DNA from: a bacterium
Lineage (GTDB): Bacteria; Patescibacteriota; Patescibacteriia; UBA10025
NCBI GenBank assembly: GCA_021815445.1
Contig: JAKAGM010000001.1
Span: 235,527 to 299,526, forward strand
Direction: 5' to 3'
Length of the DNA stretch: 64,000 bases
In this document: piece after piece, positions 16,139 through 26,146 of the stretch
Layout of the letters: the number at the start of each line of letters is the position of its first letter
How positions within the stretch are numbered: the stretch's first letter is position 1
Made by a program: the position numbers and the translations under genes
Notes under the pieces: generated by a model
What the model saw: the letters and a program-made list of their open reading frames with translations, nothing else
Told to the model about the DNA's origin: nothing
The model's database searches: none

Positions 16139-17263
16139 ATGACCGAACGGAAATCATTTTACTACGGACTGGCTCTCTTTCTGGGGACCGTGTTCGGAGT
16201 CGGTATTTTTGGATTACCATACGCGGCGAGACAAGCGGGGTTCTGGATTGTTGTTGGCTACTGCGCACTCTTTGCTGGAATCGTATACCTTGTGCACAGG
16301 TACTACGCTGAAATTATCCTCGCGACTCCCGGAAAACACCGGTTTCCGGGATATACGGGCTACTGGCTCGGCGGGCGCTGGAAAGCTGTAGCGGTGATTA
16401 CGACCCTGGTAGGCTTCTACGGAACGCTTCTCGCGTACATTATTGTCGGCGGGACCTTCCTGTCATCATTAATTCATGTATCCCAAAATGTAGGCGTAGG
16501 TCTTTTTTTCGTACTCGGGTCAGGGCTCATTTTCCTCGGGCGCAAATCGATCGGCAAAATCGACCTCGTCCTTCTTAGCATCCTCGTTCTTGTTGTTATT
16601 GCCGGGAGCATACTTGGCTGGGGCAACCTTCACCTGCAGAACCTGTCCCCGGTCCATCTGCAACAGATCATGTTTCCCTATGGTTTGGTCTTTTTCGCTT
16701 TTTGGGGAGGTTCAATCATCCCGGAACTTCGCGACATAACCCAGTCGAGAACCGTTTTTATGAAAGTTCTCCTCGTAGGAGCCGTCGTTTCATTTTGTGT
16801 GTATGTATTTTTCACTTTTTTTATTTTTAGCATCACGGGTTCGTCGACGAGCGAAGAGGGCCTCAAGAGTTTGGAGCTCTTTCTGGGCCACCGCGCTGTT
16901 GTCGTAGGATATATCATCGGCTGTATTACGACATTTACTTCTTTCCTTTCACTCGGGTACGTCCTTAAGAAAATTTACTCACATGACTTTCATCTGTCAA
17001 AAACAGGATCGTGGGCTCTGGTGTGTGCTGTTCCGCTGGTGCTACTTTTTATCGGCTTGCATCAGTTTCTGGGTATCATTGCGTTTATCGGGACAATTGT
17101 CCTTGGAATTGACGCCATGCTACTCTTACTCATGTACAGACGTTATCAGCAGCGGAGAGATGGCGATCGCGGGCCTTCGCTGATTATGTACATTACAGCT
17201 GCGCTTTTAGCCATAGGCGTTGCGAGCGAGATTATCTCCTCTGTCATCAAATTGAAATTATGA
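16139..17263 (+). CDS. Aromatic amino acid (Trp/Tyr-type) permease
   Basis: GTVFGVGIFGLPY, PYG..FFAF.G...IPE, TSFL..G; about 11 TM segments. Confidence 0.85.
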   Translation: MTERKSFYYGLALFLGTVFGVGIFGLPYAARQAGFWIVVGYCALFAGIVYLVHRYYAEIILATPGKHRFPGYTGYWLGGRWKAVAVITTLVGFYGTLLAYIIVGGTFLSSLIHVSQNVGVGLFFVLGSGLIFLGRKSIGKIDLVLLSILVLVVIAGSILGWGNLHLQNLSPVHLQQIMFPYGLVFFAFWGGSIIPELRDITQSRTVFMKVLLVGAVVSFCVYVFFTFFIFSITGSSTSEEGLKSLELFLGHRAVVVGYIIGCITTFTSFLSLGYVLKKIYSHDFHLSKTGSWALVCAVPLVLLFIGLHQFLGIIAFIGTIVLGIDAMLLLLMYRRYQQRRDGDRGPSLIMYITAALLAIGVASEIISSVIKLKL

Positions 17264-18780
17264 GCGACATCATACGAGTTCGTTTTGCACCGTCGCCGAC
17301 GGGCCTCATGCACATCGGCAATTTACGGGCTGCATTATTTAACTTCCTTTTTGCTCGTCACGGGAAAGGAACCTTTATTTTACGCATTGAAGACACTGAC
17401 AAGACTCGATACGTTCCCGAATCACTGCCTAATATTCTTGAAGCCCTCGATTGGTATGGGCTGAATGTTGATGAGGGACCGTTCATGGATTCGAATGGCA
17501 AAGTTGCAGAAAGAGGGGACAGTGGCCCCTACACCCAGTCAAAAAGACTACCTATATACCGACGTTATGCAAATGAACTCGTAGAGAAAAAAGTTGCGTA
17601 TCCGTGTTTCTGCACGCCTGAACGTCTCGAGCAAGTGAGACATGAGCAGTCGAAAAGGAAAGAGGCGCCGAGGTATGACAAACGTTGCCGTGTGATGGAC
17701 CTAGTTGAACGGGAACGTAACATAAAAAGCGGAATTCCAATGGTTATCCGACTCGCGATGCCGACCTCCGGTATTACCGAGTTCAACGATCTCATCAGGG
17801 GTACCGTGAAGTTCGAGAACTCATCCATTGACGACCAGGTGCTGCTCAAGTCAGACGGCTATCCGACATACCATCTTGCCAACGTTGTCGATGACCATCT
17901 GATGCGCATTTCCCATGTGATACGCGCCGAGGAGTGGTTGCCGTCGACTCCCAAACACCTCGTACTCTTTAAAGCGTTCGGTTGGAATCCGCCGCACTAC
18001 GCCCATTTGCCCATGATACTCGGTAATGACCGGACAAAGCTTTCTAAACGGCATGGGGCTGTGCCGGCGCTTAATTACCGTGATTTAGGGTTTCTGCCCC
18101 AGGCCGTTGTTAATTATATCGCACTTCTTGGGTGGAACCCAGGCGGAGAGCGGGAATCTTATTCAGTCAGCGAACTTGTTGATTTATTTTCGCTTAATAA
18201 GGTAAACAAAGCTCCCTCAATATTCGACCTGCAAAAACTCATATGGATGAATGGCATCCACATCAGGAGCATGTCGCCCGAACAACTAGTTCCATATGTG
18301 CGCTGGTTCTTGTCAAAGCTCCCATCTGATGAGTATGATGTTGACGATGCGACAGTCGCAAAGGTATTGACTGTCATCCAGGACAGAATCCCTACACTTG
18401 CCGATATAGCACAATGGGGAAGTTTCTATTTTAAGCGTAAAATATCATACACAAAAGGGGAATTGGCCAACCTGGGGAAGGAACCCGTCAGAAGCTCAAG
18501 TCCAACCGACAGTACCAAGAAGACCGAGGAGGCTCTTAAGTTTGCGTTAAATGTACTTGAGGGGGTGTCTAACCTAACTTTCACCCCGTTGGAATTGCGC
18601 GAAAACTTCATGAAGATGATGCAGGCAGAAGGTAAGGTAAATAAAGACGTTCTTCCTTTCTTACGGTACACGATATCAGGCAGTACTGTGAGTGCGGATG
18701 TCTTTGACATGATGGCATGCCTGGGAAAGGAGAGGACGCTTAAAAGGGTGGAGGAAGCGCTCATGATCCTTAGGACTTGA
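17260..18780 (+). CDS. gltX: Glutamate--tRNA ligase
   Basis: RFAPSPTG.MHIGN, RIEDTD, YHLANVVDD, KLSKR. Confidence 0.97.
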   Translation: MSDIIRVRFAPSPTGLMHIGNLRAALFNFLFARHGKGTFILRIEDTDKTRYVPESLPNILEALDWYGLNVDEGPFMDSNGKVAERGDSGPYTQSKRLPIYRRYANELVEKKVAYPCFCTPERLEQVRHEQSKRKEAPRYDKRCRVMDLVERERNIKSGIPMVIRLAMPTSGITEFNDLIRGTVKFENSSIDDQVLLKSDGYPTYHLANVVDDHLMRISHVIRAEEWLPSTPKHLVLFKAFGWNPPHYAHLPMILGNDRTKLSKRHGAVPALNYRDLGFLPQAVVNYIALLGWNPGGERESYSVSELVDLFSLNKVNKAPSIFDLQKLIWMNGIHIRSMSPEQLVPYVRWFLSKLPSDEYDVDDATVAKVLTVIQDRIPTLADIAQWGSFYFKRKISYTKGELANLGKEPVRSSSPTDSTKKTEEALKFALNVLEGVSNLTFTPLELRENFMKMMQAEGKVNKDVLPFLRYTISGSTVSADVFDMMACLGKERTLKRVEEALMILRT

Positions 18781-18805
18781 AAAAAAGCGCGAAGTGTGCT
18801 ACAAT
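18777..18805 (+). promoter_or_regulatory. Sigma70 promoter for the M23 peptidase
   Basis: TTGAAA-17 nt-TACAAT with extended TG. Confidence 0.65.
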
Positions 18806-18838
18806 ATGACCGTTCGAAGATTTGATGCTGTATGCACA

Positions 18839-20104
18839 ATGATTTCCAAATATAAACAAAAACGAGTTATAACACTGGGGGTATGCCTGACGTTATTGAT
18901 AGTCGGGTCTGTTGTGTTTGCAATCCGGAGCAGCGCGCAGGAAGCTTCAAACCCGCCAGATACCTCGGCGAAGGCCCAATACGACCAGCTTAATCAGCAA
19001 ATCGAGGAAAAAAAGCTACAGCTTCAGGATCTCAACAACAAGATTAATCAGTACCAGGATAGCATTAAGGTGAAACAGCAAGAGGCGCTTTCACTTCAGG
19101 GTGAGATTGCGCTCATAGACGACCAGGTCAGTCAAACAAACACGGATATTGACCGGATTAAAGTGGAGCTGGAACGTACAGATCTTGAAATAAAGCAACT
19201 CGCACTCCAAGTCGAACAAAAAAAACAGCAAGTCACCGTGCTCAATGAAAGGCTAGGGGATTACATCCGGCTCCTCAACCAGTACGACGGGGAGAGTGGG
19301 CTTCGAATACTGCTCAGTGAGGGTTCAATTTCGGATTTTTTTGACCGTGTTCAATACTCCGAAGATGTACAACAAAAGATAAAAGACAATCTGGTAGACG
19401 TGAGAAAGGGGAAAGAGGCTTTACAGGAAGAGCAAAGCGCCCAGGAAGCTAAAAAAGGCGAGCTTGCTTCGTTAAACGATCATTTGACGCAAAGTATTCA
19501 GAACCTCAAAGACCAGCAGTCGTATAAGACCGATCTCCTGAATAAAACAAAGGATAACCAAAGTGTCTTCGAGGATTTGCTGACACAAGCGCAGGTTGAA
19601 CAAAAGCAAGTTGATGCGGAAATTTCATCAACAGAGGAGCGTGCGCGCCAAAAACTTGCCCAGGAAGGGTCTAAGTTATTGGATTCGGTCGCGGCGCTGT
19701 CATGGCCCGTCAGCCCGCGCAATGGAATCAGTGCGTACTTTCATGACCCAACCTACATTTTTCGAAGGTACTTTGAGCATCCGGCTATCGACATTCCTAC
19801 ACCGCAGGGAACTCCTATCCTTGCACCGGCGGACGGGTATGTATCACGAGCCAAGAATGCTGGGATGGGATACAGTTTTATCATGATAATCCATAATAAC
19901 CAAATCTCCACGGTATACGGCCACGTCAGCAAGATTGAGGTTACTGAGGACCAATACGTCAGACGCGGAGACGAAATAGGCCTCAGCGGGGGGATGCCGG
20001 GTACTCCTGGAGCTGGCCAAATGACCACCGGGTCACATTTGCATTTTGAGGTGCGCCTCAATGGTCTTCCTGTAAATCCGCTGGATTATCTTCCAAAGAT
20101 TTAA
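18839..20104 (+). CDS. Coiled-coil M23 peptidoglycan DD-endopeptidase
   Basis: N-terminal TM/signal, long coiled coil, HPAID (HxxxD), YGH and HLHFEV (HxH) motifs. Confidence 0.92.
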   Translation: MISKYKQKRVITLGVCLTLLIVGSVVFAIRSSAQEASNPPDTSAKAQYDQLNQQIEEKKLQLQDLNNKINQYQDSIKVKQQEALSLQGEIALIDDQVSQTNTDIDRIKVELERTDLEIKQLALQVEQKKQQVTVLNERLGDYIRLLNQYDGESGLRILLSEGSISDFFDRVQYSEDVQQKIKDNLVDVRKGKEALQEEQSAQEAKKGELASLNDHLTQSIQNLKDQQSYKTDLLNKTKDNQSVFEDLLTQAQVEQKQVDAEISSTEERARQKLAQEGSKLLDSVAALSWPVSPRNGISAYFHDPTYIFRRYFEHPAIDIPTPQGTPILAPADGYVSRAKNAGMGYSFIMIIHNNQISTVYGHVSKIEVTEDQYVRRGDEIGLSGGMPGTPGAGQMTTGSHLHFEVRLNGLPVNPLDYLPKI

Positions 20105-20168
20105 TTGGAGTGTCTTTCTAAGTACGTTGCGGGGGACTGAACGTTGCTAGTTTTGACTATAATAGTAT

Positions 20169-20196
20169 GTGTCGCACAATATATCTTAGACGTCAC
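20169..20196. other. Candidate Xer recombination (dif-like) site
   Basis: GTGTCGCACAA-TATATC-TTAGACGTCAC: 11-6-11 imperfect inverted repeat (7/11) lying in the convergent intergenic gap. Confidence 0.45.
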
Positions 20197-20221
20197 TTGA
20201 GATTGCGGTAAATAATAGTCG

Positions 20222-20653
20222 CTAAAGTCTCAATAAAGCGAGCAGTACCAGCATGTACGCTATTTGGACTAGCACGCCGGGCGTAAAAGGTATCTCGTGC
20301 TGGATTTTCTCGTGAAACTTCCGGAAAGGCGCGAAAATTCTTTTGAGTGAGACATGATGCCTGGTGAGCGTGAGAATATCTGGGAGTATGGATCCAGTAA
20401 CTCCGAAACAGATTGCTAACAGGGCTGATGGATGGAGCGCTATAAATGCCAACACAAGAAGCGCTGGGGCGGTGAGATCGGGCCAGAAAACGATGAAATC
20501 CCTAATATGTATTCTCTGCGGAACCGGATAGTTCCAATGTGGTATTGCGTCGAGCAGAAAATGGCTTGTGAACCCTAACGCAAAAGATAACCACGGTGAG
20601 CTGACCTTCGCTCCTATTACGGCACCTGTAAGCGTATGGGCAAGGAGCAGCAT
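20222..20653 (-). CDS. Membrane-bound putative metal-dependent hydrolase
   Basis: AH.L.GA, SHFLLD.IPH, LPD, FH..IQH His/Asp pattern within TM helices. Confidence 0.65.
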   Translation of the reverse strand: MLLLAHTLTGAVIGAKVSSPWLSFALGFTSHFLLDAIPHWNYPVPQRIHIRDFIVFWPDLTAPALLVLAFIALHPSALLAICFGVTGSILPDILTLTRHHVSLKRIFAPFRKFHEKIQHEIPFTPGVLVQIAYMLVLLALLRL

Positions 20654-20656
20654 ATG

Positions 20657-21508
20657 CTATTTGTAATATACCCTGTCGAGAATACGGACGTCTATGTACT
20701 CACGAGGAGGACTTGCCTTAAAGCGTTCGTTCCAAATCTTGACGAAGTTACTATATTGAGATGCGAGATCGTTTTCCATTGAAAAATATATTTGCCAACC
20801 GTCCTTTGTTTTAAGGTGGATTTCAAAAGGTATGCCCGTGGGAAGTACCCACTGACTGATTTGAATGCCAGTCTGTTGGGGCAACTTCTGTGATGTATCG
20901 ATCACGAAGCGCATTGTGCCGGGTGTCACGAGACTATCCCCTACCCTCATAGCACGAGACGTGTCTTCCTGGACAATGTTAATAAGGGCTGGATCGGTTG
21001 ATTCTGATAATCGTTCCTCAGATAACTGGCCATTTTCCTCAATAAAGAAATAACGGCCGTCAATTTGAAGTACACCAACTGGTTTTTTTTCGGTGTAAGA
21101 AACTTCGAGAGTATGCAGTAGCTTTTTTCGAATTGTAAGTTTTTGAAAGCTATATTGCTCGGATAGCTTGTTGCGCAACTCATTCGTAGAAAAAGAAAAA
21201 AGATTGTTCTGCCTCAAAACAATCAAATGCCGCGAATTAACTTGATTTAATACGATTTGCCTAATTTTGTTATTAGACTCAGGAGTGCCGCCATTAATAT
21301 CGATAGTTGTGACCGTGAATAGCGGAGAATAGAGCAAGCCATACAGCACTCCAAGGGCAACTACTGTGAAAATCAGAAAAAATAAACTAAGGTTACCGGC
21401 AATTAGTGATGTAAACGAGCCTCTTTGAAAAAGCGGGTTTCGATACATTGGACTGCGAGTTTCCGTCCTCTGCGTAATAAGAGCTTTGTTTCTGAAATCC
21501 CAACGCAT
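20657..21508 (-). CDS. ftsQ: Cell division protein FtsQ/DivIB
   Basis: Single TM, SPLF.V..I.I.G POTRA start, C-terminal EYIDVR..DRVYYK; downstream of ddl. Confidence 0.8.
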   Translation of the reverse strand: MRWDFRNKALITQRTETRSPMYRNPLFQRGSFTSLIAGNLSLFFLIFTVVALGVLYGLLYSPLFTVTTIDINGGTPESNNKIRQIVLNQVNSRHLIVLRQNNLFSFSTNELRNKLSEQYSFQKLTIRKKLLHTLEVSYTEKKPVGVLQIDGRYFFIEENGQLSEERLSESTDPALINIVQEDTSRAMRVGDSLVTPGTMRFVIDTSQKLPQQTGIQISQWVLPTGIPFEIHLKTKDGWQIYFSMENDLASQYSNFVKIWNERFKASPPREYIDVRILDRVYYK

Positions 21509-21550
21509 ACTGCGTTTATCTGTTTATGGATGGAGCGCGCGGTTCCGCCA

Positions 21551-22681
21551 TTACCGCTTATGCCACTCCTCACTAGGCCTGTATTGGCGGGTAAGCTTGC
21601 TTTTTTCGCGGTGTCGCTCAATTGCGTGAGTTATCAGCTCGTCGAGCAAGTCAGAATATGAAACGCCTGTAGCTTCCCAAAGTTTTGGATACATGCTGAT
21701 GTCGGTAAACCCAGGGATAGTATTTGCCTCATTGACCCATATGCGGCGTCCGCGGACAAGGAAATCAACACGCGCCATGCCGCAAAGATCCAAGGCCTTA
21801 AACGCTCGTATCGCCATTTCACGTACAATTTTGCTTTGCTTTCGAGAGAGTTTTGCGGGGATAGTTGCTTGAGATTTCCCGTCGACATATTTTGCGTCAT
21901 AATCATAGAACTCATTTGATGAAATTATTTCTCCGGGTACGGACGAACGTGGGGCGTTATTTCCAAGCACGGAACACTCAATGTCGCGCGCATTTTCAAT
22001 ACTTTTTTCAACTACTACTTTGCGATCATAAGCAAAGGCCTTTTTGATCGCACTATTTATTTGTTTTACGGTATGCACTTTTGAAATCCCGACAGATGAA
22101 CCCATATTTGCCGGTTTTACAAAGAGTGGGTAGCCGATCTTTTTCATTTCACGCAAAATATATTTTTTTTGATGTCGCCATTCCCAAAAGGTAAAGGAGA
22201 TGAACTGAACTATGGGAAGTCCAGCCACCAAAAATAGGCGCTTCATGATGTCTTTATCCATAGCTACCGCAGACCCTAGCACTCCCGCCCCTACATAAGG
22301 GATGTCGGCAAGCTCGAAGAGGCCCTGTATAGTTCCATCTTCACCAAGCGGCCCATGGAGCACGGGGAAAATAACGTCAAGTTTCCTGGTAGACGGTTTT
22401 TTTCCTGAAGCCGTTGGAACAAGCGTTCGTATTTTTGGATCCGGGACGAGAGTCAGCTCTGGTCGAATATCCGTATCATAAGCATGTGTCGTGAGGAGAG
22501 GAAGCGCGTCGGTCGAGGAAAGCCATTTACCTTCTTTCGTGATGCCAATAGGTACGATGGTATATTTTCTCTTGTCAAGAGATTTAATGACTGACCTCGC
22601 GGAAACCAAAGACACCTCATGTTCTCCCGACCTGCCACCAAAGATGACTCCTACAGTAATTTTTTCTCTTCGTTTGGACAT
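21551..22681 (-). CDS. ddl: D-alanine--D-alanine ligase
   Basis: GGRSGEHEVS, HGPLGEDG, KPANMGSSVG, YDYDAKY, NEANTIPG. Confidence 0.97.
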   Translation of the reverse strand: MSKRREKITVGVIFGGRSGEHEVSLVSARSVIKSLDKRKYTIVPIGITKEGKWLSSTDALPLLTTHAYDTDIRPELTLVPDPKIRTLVPTASGKKPSTRKLDVIFPVLHGPLGEDGTIQGLFELADIPYVGAGVLGSAVAMDKDIMKRLFLVAGLPIVQFISFTFWEWRHQKKYILREMKKIGYPLFVKPANMGSSVGISKVHTVKQINSAIKKAFAYDRKVVVEKSIENARDIECSVLGNNAPRSSVPGEIISSNEFYDYDAKYVDGKSQATIPAKLSRKQSKIVREMAIRAFKALDLCGMARVDFLVRGRRIWVNEANTIPGFTDISMYPKLWEATGVSYSDLLDELITHAIERHREKSKLTRQYRPSEEWHKR

Positions 22682-22684
22682 AGG

Positions 22685-23845
22685 TTATACGATTACCCTC
22701 GGCAGCAAGGGATTTATTCTGGTTACCACCTCATAATTTATTGTTTGGATTTGATTTGCCATCATATCAGCAGAAACGAGCTTCCCAGATTGAACGCCAA
22801 TAATTACGGCTGGGTCCCCTTCCTTTACGCTGGTAGCATGAGAAACGTCCACCATCATCATGTTCATACATACACGACCGAGAACCTTTGCTATGCGCCC
22901 GTGAATGAGCACATACCCGCCATGAGAGAATTTACGGTCAACTCCGTCCCAGTAGCCGACAGGCAAAACAGCGATACGCATCCTTTTTTTTGATCTGTAG
23001 TCGCAACCATACCCGACACAGGTATTCTGTGGTATTGATTTTACCTGGATTATCGTCGTTTTCCAAGAGAGGACGGGGATAAGTGAGCACCAAGGATAGC
23101 GTCGGTGTATTAATCCGTCAGTACGCGATACCGAAGTAAGCCCGTAGAGTGAGATGCCGATACGCGCCATTGAGAAATGACTTTGCTGATTCAGGATGGT
23201 TGACGCGCTGCAGCCGGCGTGACAGATTGGAATAATGATCCCATGCTTTTTGCAATGATTCAAAATAAGTCCGAGGGATTTGATCTGAGCATTTGTAAAA
23301 GATTGGTTGACATTTTCCGAATCCGCAAAATGGGTATACAGCCCCTCTAATTCAACATATGGGAGCTTGTGCACCGAGCGGATAAATTTGAGACTGTCCT
23401 CAGGTCTTACGCCAAGGCGTGTAGTCCCGGTATCTATTTTTACATGAACAATTGCGCGTGTTTTGAGTTTTTGTGCAATTTTGGATATGCGGCGGGCAGC
23501 TGCAAGATTGTATACTGGCAAAGCAATTTTTTTACGTATACTATCAGGAATGTGATCAATTTGACTGATATAGCTTAAGACAAGGATTCTCGACCATATC
23601 CCCTGCTTGCGCAAATCAAGCGCTTCCTGACTGCTTGCTACTCCGAACCACCTAACGCCAGCATCTTGTGCGATATGCGCGACGATTCTCATGTCATGGC
23701 CGTAGGCATTTGATTTTACCACAGCCATCAGTGACGATGTACTTGAGCGCAAAATTCGCTGGAACATGCCGATGTTGTGTTTGAGGGCGCTCTGAGATAT
23801 CTCGATCCAGGTCAGAGCATGCTGTGCAGCACTTCGAGGTTTCAT
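22685..23845 (-). CDS. alr: Alanine racemase
   Basis: AVVKSNAYGH, KIDTG..RLG, GRVCMNM, NYEV. Confidence 0.96.
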   Translation of the reverse strand: MKPRSAAQHALTWIEISQSALKHNIGMFQRILRSSTSSLMAVVKSNAYGHDMRIVAHIAQDAGVRWFGVASSQEALDLRKQGIWSRILVLSYISQIDHIPDSIRKKIALPVYNLAAARRISKIAQKLKTRAIVHVKIDTGTTRLGVRPEDSLKFIRSVHKLPYVELEGLYTHFADSENVNQSFTNAQIKSLGLILNHCKKHGIIIPICHAGCSASTILNQQSHFSMARIGISLYGLTSVSRTDGLIHRRYPWCSLIPVLSWKTTIIQVKSIPQNTCVGYGCDYRSKKRMRIAVLPVGYWDGVDRKFSHGGYVLIHGRIAKVLGRVCMNMMMVDVSHATSVKEGDPAVIIGVQSGKLVSADMMANQIQTINYEVVTRINPLLPRVIV

Positions 23846-25113
23846 GTAGGCTTAGAAATAGATTTTTTTGACCCCATATAAGGCCTAAGCACCTCTGGTA
23901 CTGCGATTGTTCCATCTTTTTGTTGGTAATTTTCCAGAATGCTAATCAGTGTGCGCGGTGTCATCGCTGTTGCATTTAAAATATACGGGAAGACGGTGGC
24001 GTTTTCTTTGTTTCGAAATTTGATATTGTTCCTCCTGGCCTGATAATCGGTACAGTTAGAAGCAGAATGGGTTTCGCGGTATGTCTGCTCAGACGGCAGC
24101 CAGCATTCAAGATCGATGACCTTAGCGGACGGCTTCGGCAGGTCACCCGTACATACTGAGAGCAGATGGTACGGGAGGCCTAGCGATTTGACCAGCCGTT
24201 CTTGTATGCTGACCAGCCGCTCGAATTGATCCCACGACGAATCTGGTGCCGAAAGTACCACCATTTCAAGCTTATCGAACTGATGGACTCGAAGGATCCC
24301 TTTAGTGTCTTTTCCGTAACTTCCCGCTTCGCGCCTGAAACACGTAGAATATGCAGCATACGACAAAGGGATGGATTCTGCAGGAAGTATTTCCCCGCTA
24401 TGATAAGGAACCAGTGCGTGTTCACCTGTGCCGACGAGGAAGAGGTCGTCGTCGGGAAGATAATACGCCTCCCCACCGGCAGTATATGAGTCATAGCCAG
24501 TATTTTCCATTGTTTGGCGTTTTACCAGCACCGGTGGTATGAATAAAGTAAATCCTTCATTTGTCAGCTGTTCGATCGCATAGTGTAGTAACGCAAACCA
24601 AAGAAGTGCGCCGTCCCCCTTGAGATAACCAAATCTTGTTCCGCTAACTTTTGCAGCGCGTACAGTATCGATAATGTCCAGACGCTGGGCAAGCGTCATG
24701 TAATCCAGGGGCTGGAAGGCGAAGGAAGTTTTTTTACCAACTGTCTTGATGACAACGTTATCACGATCTGATTTTCCTACAGGGACATGATCAGCGGGAA
24801 TATTTGGAAGACCGTATAACAGCAATTTGCGCTTATTCGCCAACTGTTCGAGTTTTTTATCCTCCATTTTTTCTTTTGCAGACCACTTAGCAATCTCTTT
24901 CAGCTTGGTCGATTTCTCCTTTGGCGTAAGATTTTTAATTGTCTTGTTGAATGTGTTCTTTTTGGACTGTAATTCCTCCAATGACTGCAGAACCTTCCTG
25001 TATTCCTTATCAATACTTATAATATCCGCCACAACGGTCTTATCAACGTTTCTCAATTGAAGCTTCTCCATCGCCTCTTTTAGGTTTGCGCGCAAGTATG
25101 CAATATCGATCAT
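23842..25113 (-). CDS. serS: Serine--tRNA ligase
   Basis: FRREAGSYGKDTKG.LRVHQF.K.E, SASNCTDYQARR. Confidence 0.97.
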   Translation of the reverse strand: MIDIAYLRANLKEAMEKLQLRNVDKTVVADIISIDKEYRKVLQSLEELQSKKNTFNKTIKNLTPKEKSTKLKEIAKWSAKEKMEDKKLEQLANKRKLLLYGLPNIPADHVPVGKSDRDNVVIKTVGKKTSFAFQPLDYMTLAQRLDIIDTVRAAKVSGTRFGYLKGDGALLWFALLHYAIEQLTNEGFTLFIPPVLVKRQTMENTGYDSYTAGGEAYYLPDDDLFLVGTGEHALVPYHSGEILPAESIPLSYAAYSTCFRREAGSYGKDTKGILRVHQFDKLEMVVLSAPDSSWDQFERLVSIQERLVKSLGLPYHLLSVCTGDLPKPSAKVIDLECWLPSEQTYRETHSASNCTDYQARRNNIKFRNKENATVFPYILNATAMTPRTLISILENYQQKDGTIAVPEVLRPYMGSKKSISKPT

Positions 25114-25120
25114 ACGCTAT

Positions 25121-25555
25121 TTATTGAATTGGAGGCGGGCTATGATGCTCGGCCCGACCTAGAAAATACAGCGTAATAAGGGCTACAGAAGTCGCTATAA
25201 TTGCCGCTGTATAATATCCGATACCTACCGCGAGCCCTATAGCGGCAACAACCCAAATAGTGGCGGCGGTTGTCAGCCCAAAAACCGAATTACGACCTTG
25301 GAATATAGCGCCTGCCCCCAAAAACCCCACCCCCGTAATGGCTTGGCTTGCTATCCTGCTTACTGCCGATGGATCAGAAAATGAGCTTAGCTTGATCGCG
25401 ATAATCATCATTAGCGTCGTACCGAGACCTACCAGAATATTCGTCCTTAGCCCTGCCGGCTTGTGGATATGTTCGCGCTCAAGCCCTATGAGGCCCGCGC
25501 ATACAACTATAGTAATTATCCTTATAAGAATCACCATGGTTGTCAGTTCGCCCAT
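25121..25555 (-). CDS. MgtC/SapB family membrane protein (short form, no C-terminal domain)
   Basis: IGLERE...KPAGLRT, GVGFLGAG, GLTTAA.IW. Confidence 0.9.
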   Translation of the reverse strand: MGELTTMVILIRIITIVVCAGLIGLEREHIHKPAGLRTNILVGLGTTLMMIIAIKLSSFSDPSAVSRIASQAITGVGFLGAGAIFQGRNSVFGLTTAATIWVVAAIGLAVGIGYYTAAIIATSVALITLYFLGRAEHHSPPPIQ

Positions 25556-25588
25556 ATATTATTGTACTGGTTAATTGAATTGAATGTT

Positions 25589-26146
25589 TTAGAGTTCGAG
25601 TTGCCCGGATATAGTCTGCAGGGCTTGAAGTACGTTAGCAACATGTTCGTCGATAGACAATCCAAGCTCGACGGCTCCCTGTTGAATCTCGGAACGATTT
25701 ATCTGTCGTGCGAATGACTTGCTCTTCAGCTTCTTTTTCACAGATCGAACATCGACTTCGGATAGCTTTTTATTCGGTTGTATGAGAGCTATCGCAATGA
25801 TAAAACCACAAAGCTCGTCGACGGCGAATATGACTTTTTTCGCCCGAGTGTCGCGAGGTTCACACGTATGAGGCGCGTGAGCACGTATTGTAGAAATAAT
25901 TTCGTCAGGATAACCGCGTTGTCGGAGGATCTCGGATCCCCGGAAGGGATGATCATCAAGACTGGGAAACTTTTCATAGTCAAAGTCATGCAAAAGCCCG
26001 ACAATCCCCCACCATTCCTGATCCTCTCCATACATACCCGCATAGTACTTCATTGCCGCCTCAACAGCGAGCATGTGCTTTACCAATTGAGGGTTCCCGA
26101 CAAACTCGCCAAGCAGTTTCCAGGCTTCTTCGCGCGATACTGTCAT
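25589..26146 (-). CDS. HD-superfamily hydrolase (HDIG type)
   Basis: KHMLAVE, GLLHDFDYE, HP..G, AH, AVDEL; ATGA overlap with lysS. Confidence 0.85.
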   Translation of the reverse strand: MTVSREEAWKLLGEFVGNPQLVKHMLAVEAAMKYYAGMYGEDQEWWGIVGLLHDFDYEKFPSLDDHPFRGSEILRQRGYPDEIISTIRAHAPHTCEPRDTRAKKVIFAVDELCGFIIAIALIQPNKKLSEVDVRSVKKKLKSKSFARQINRSEIQQGAVELGLSIDEHVANVLQALQTISGQLEL

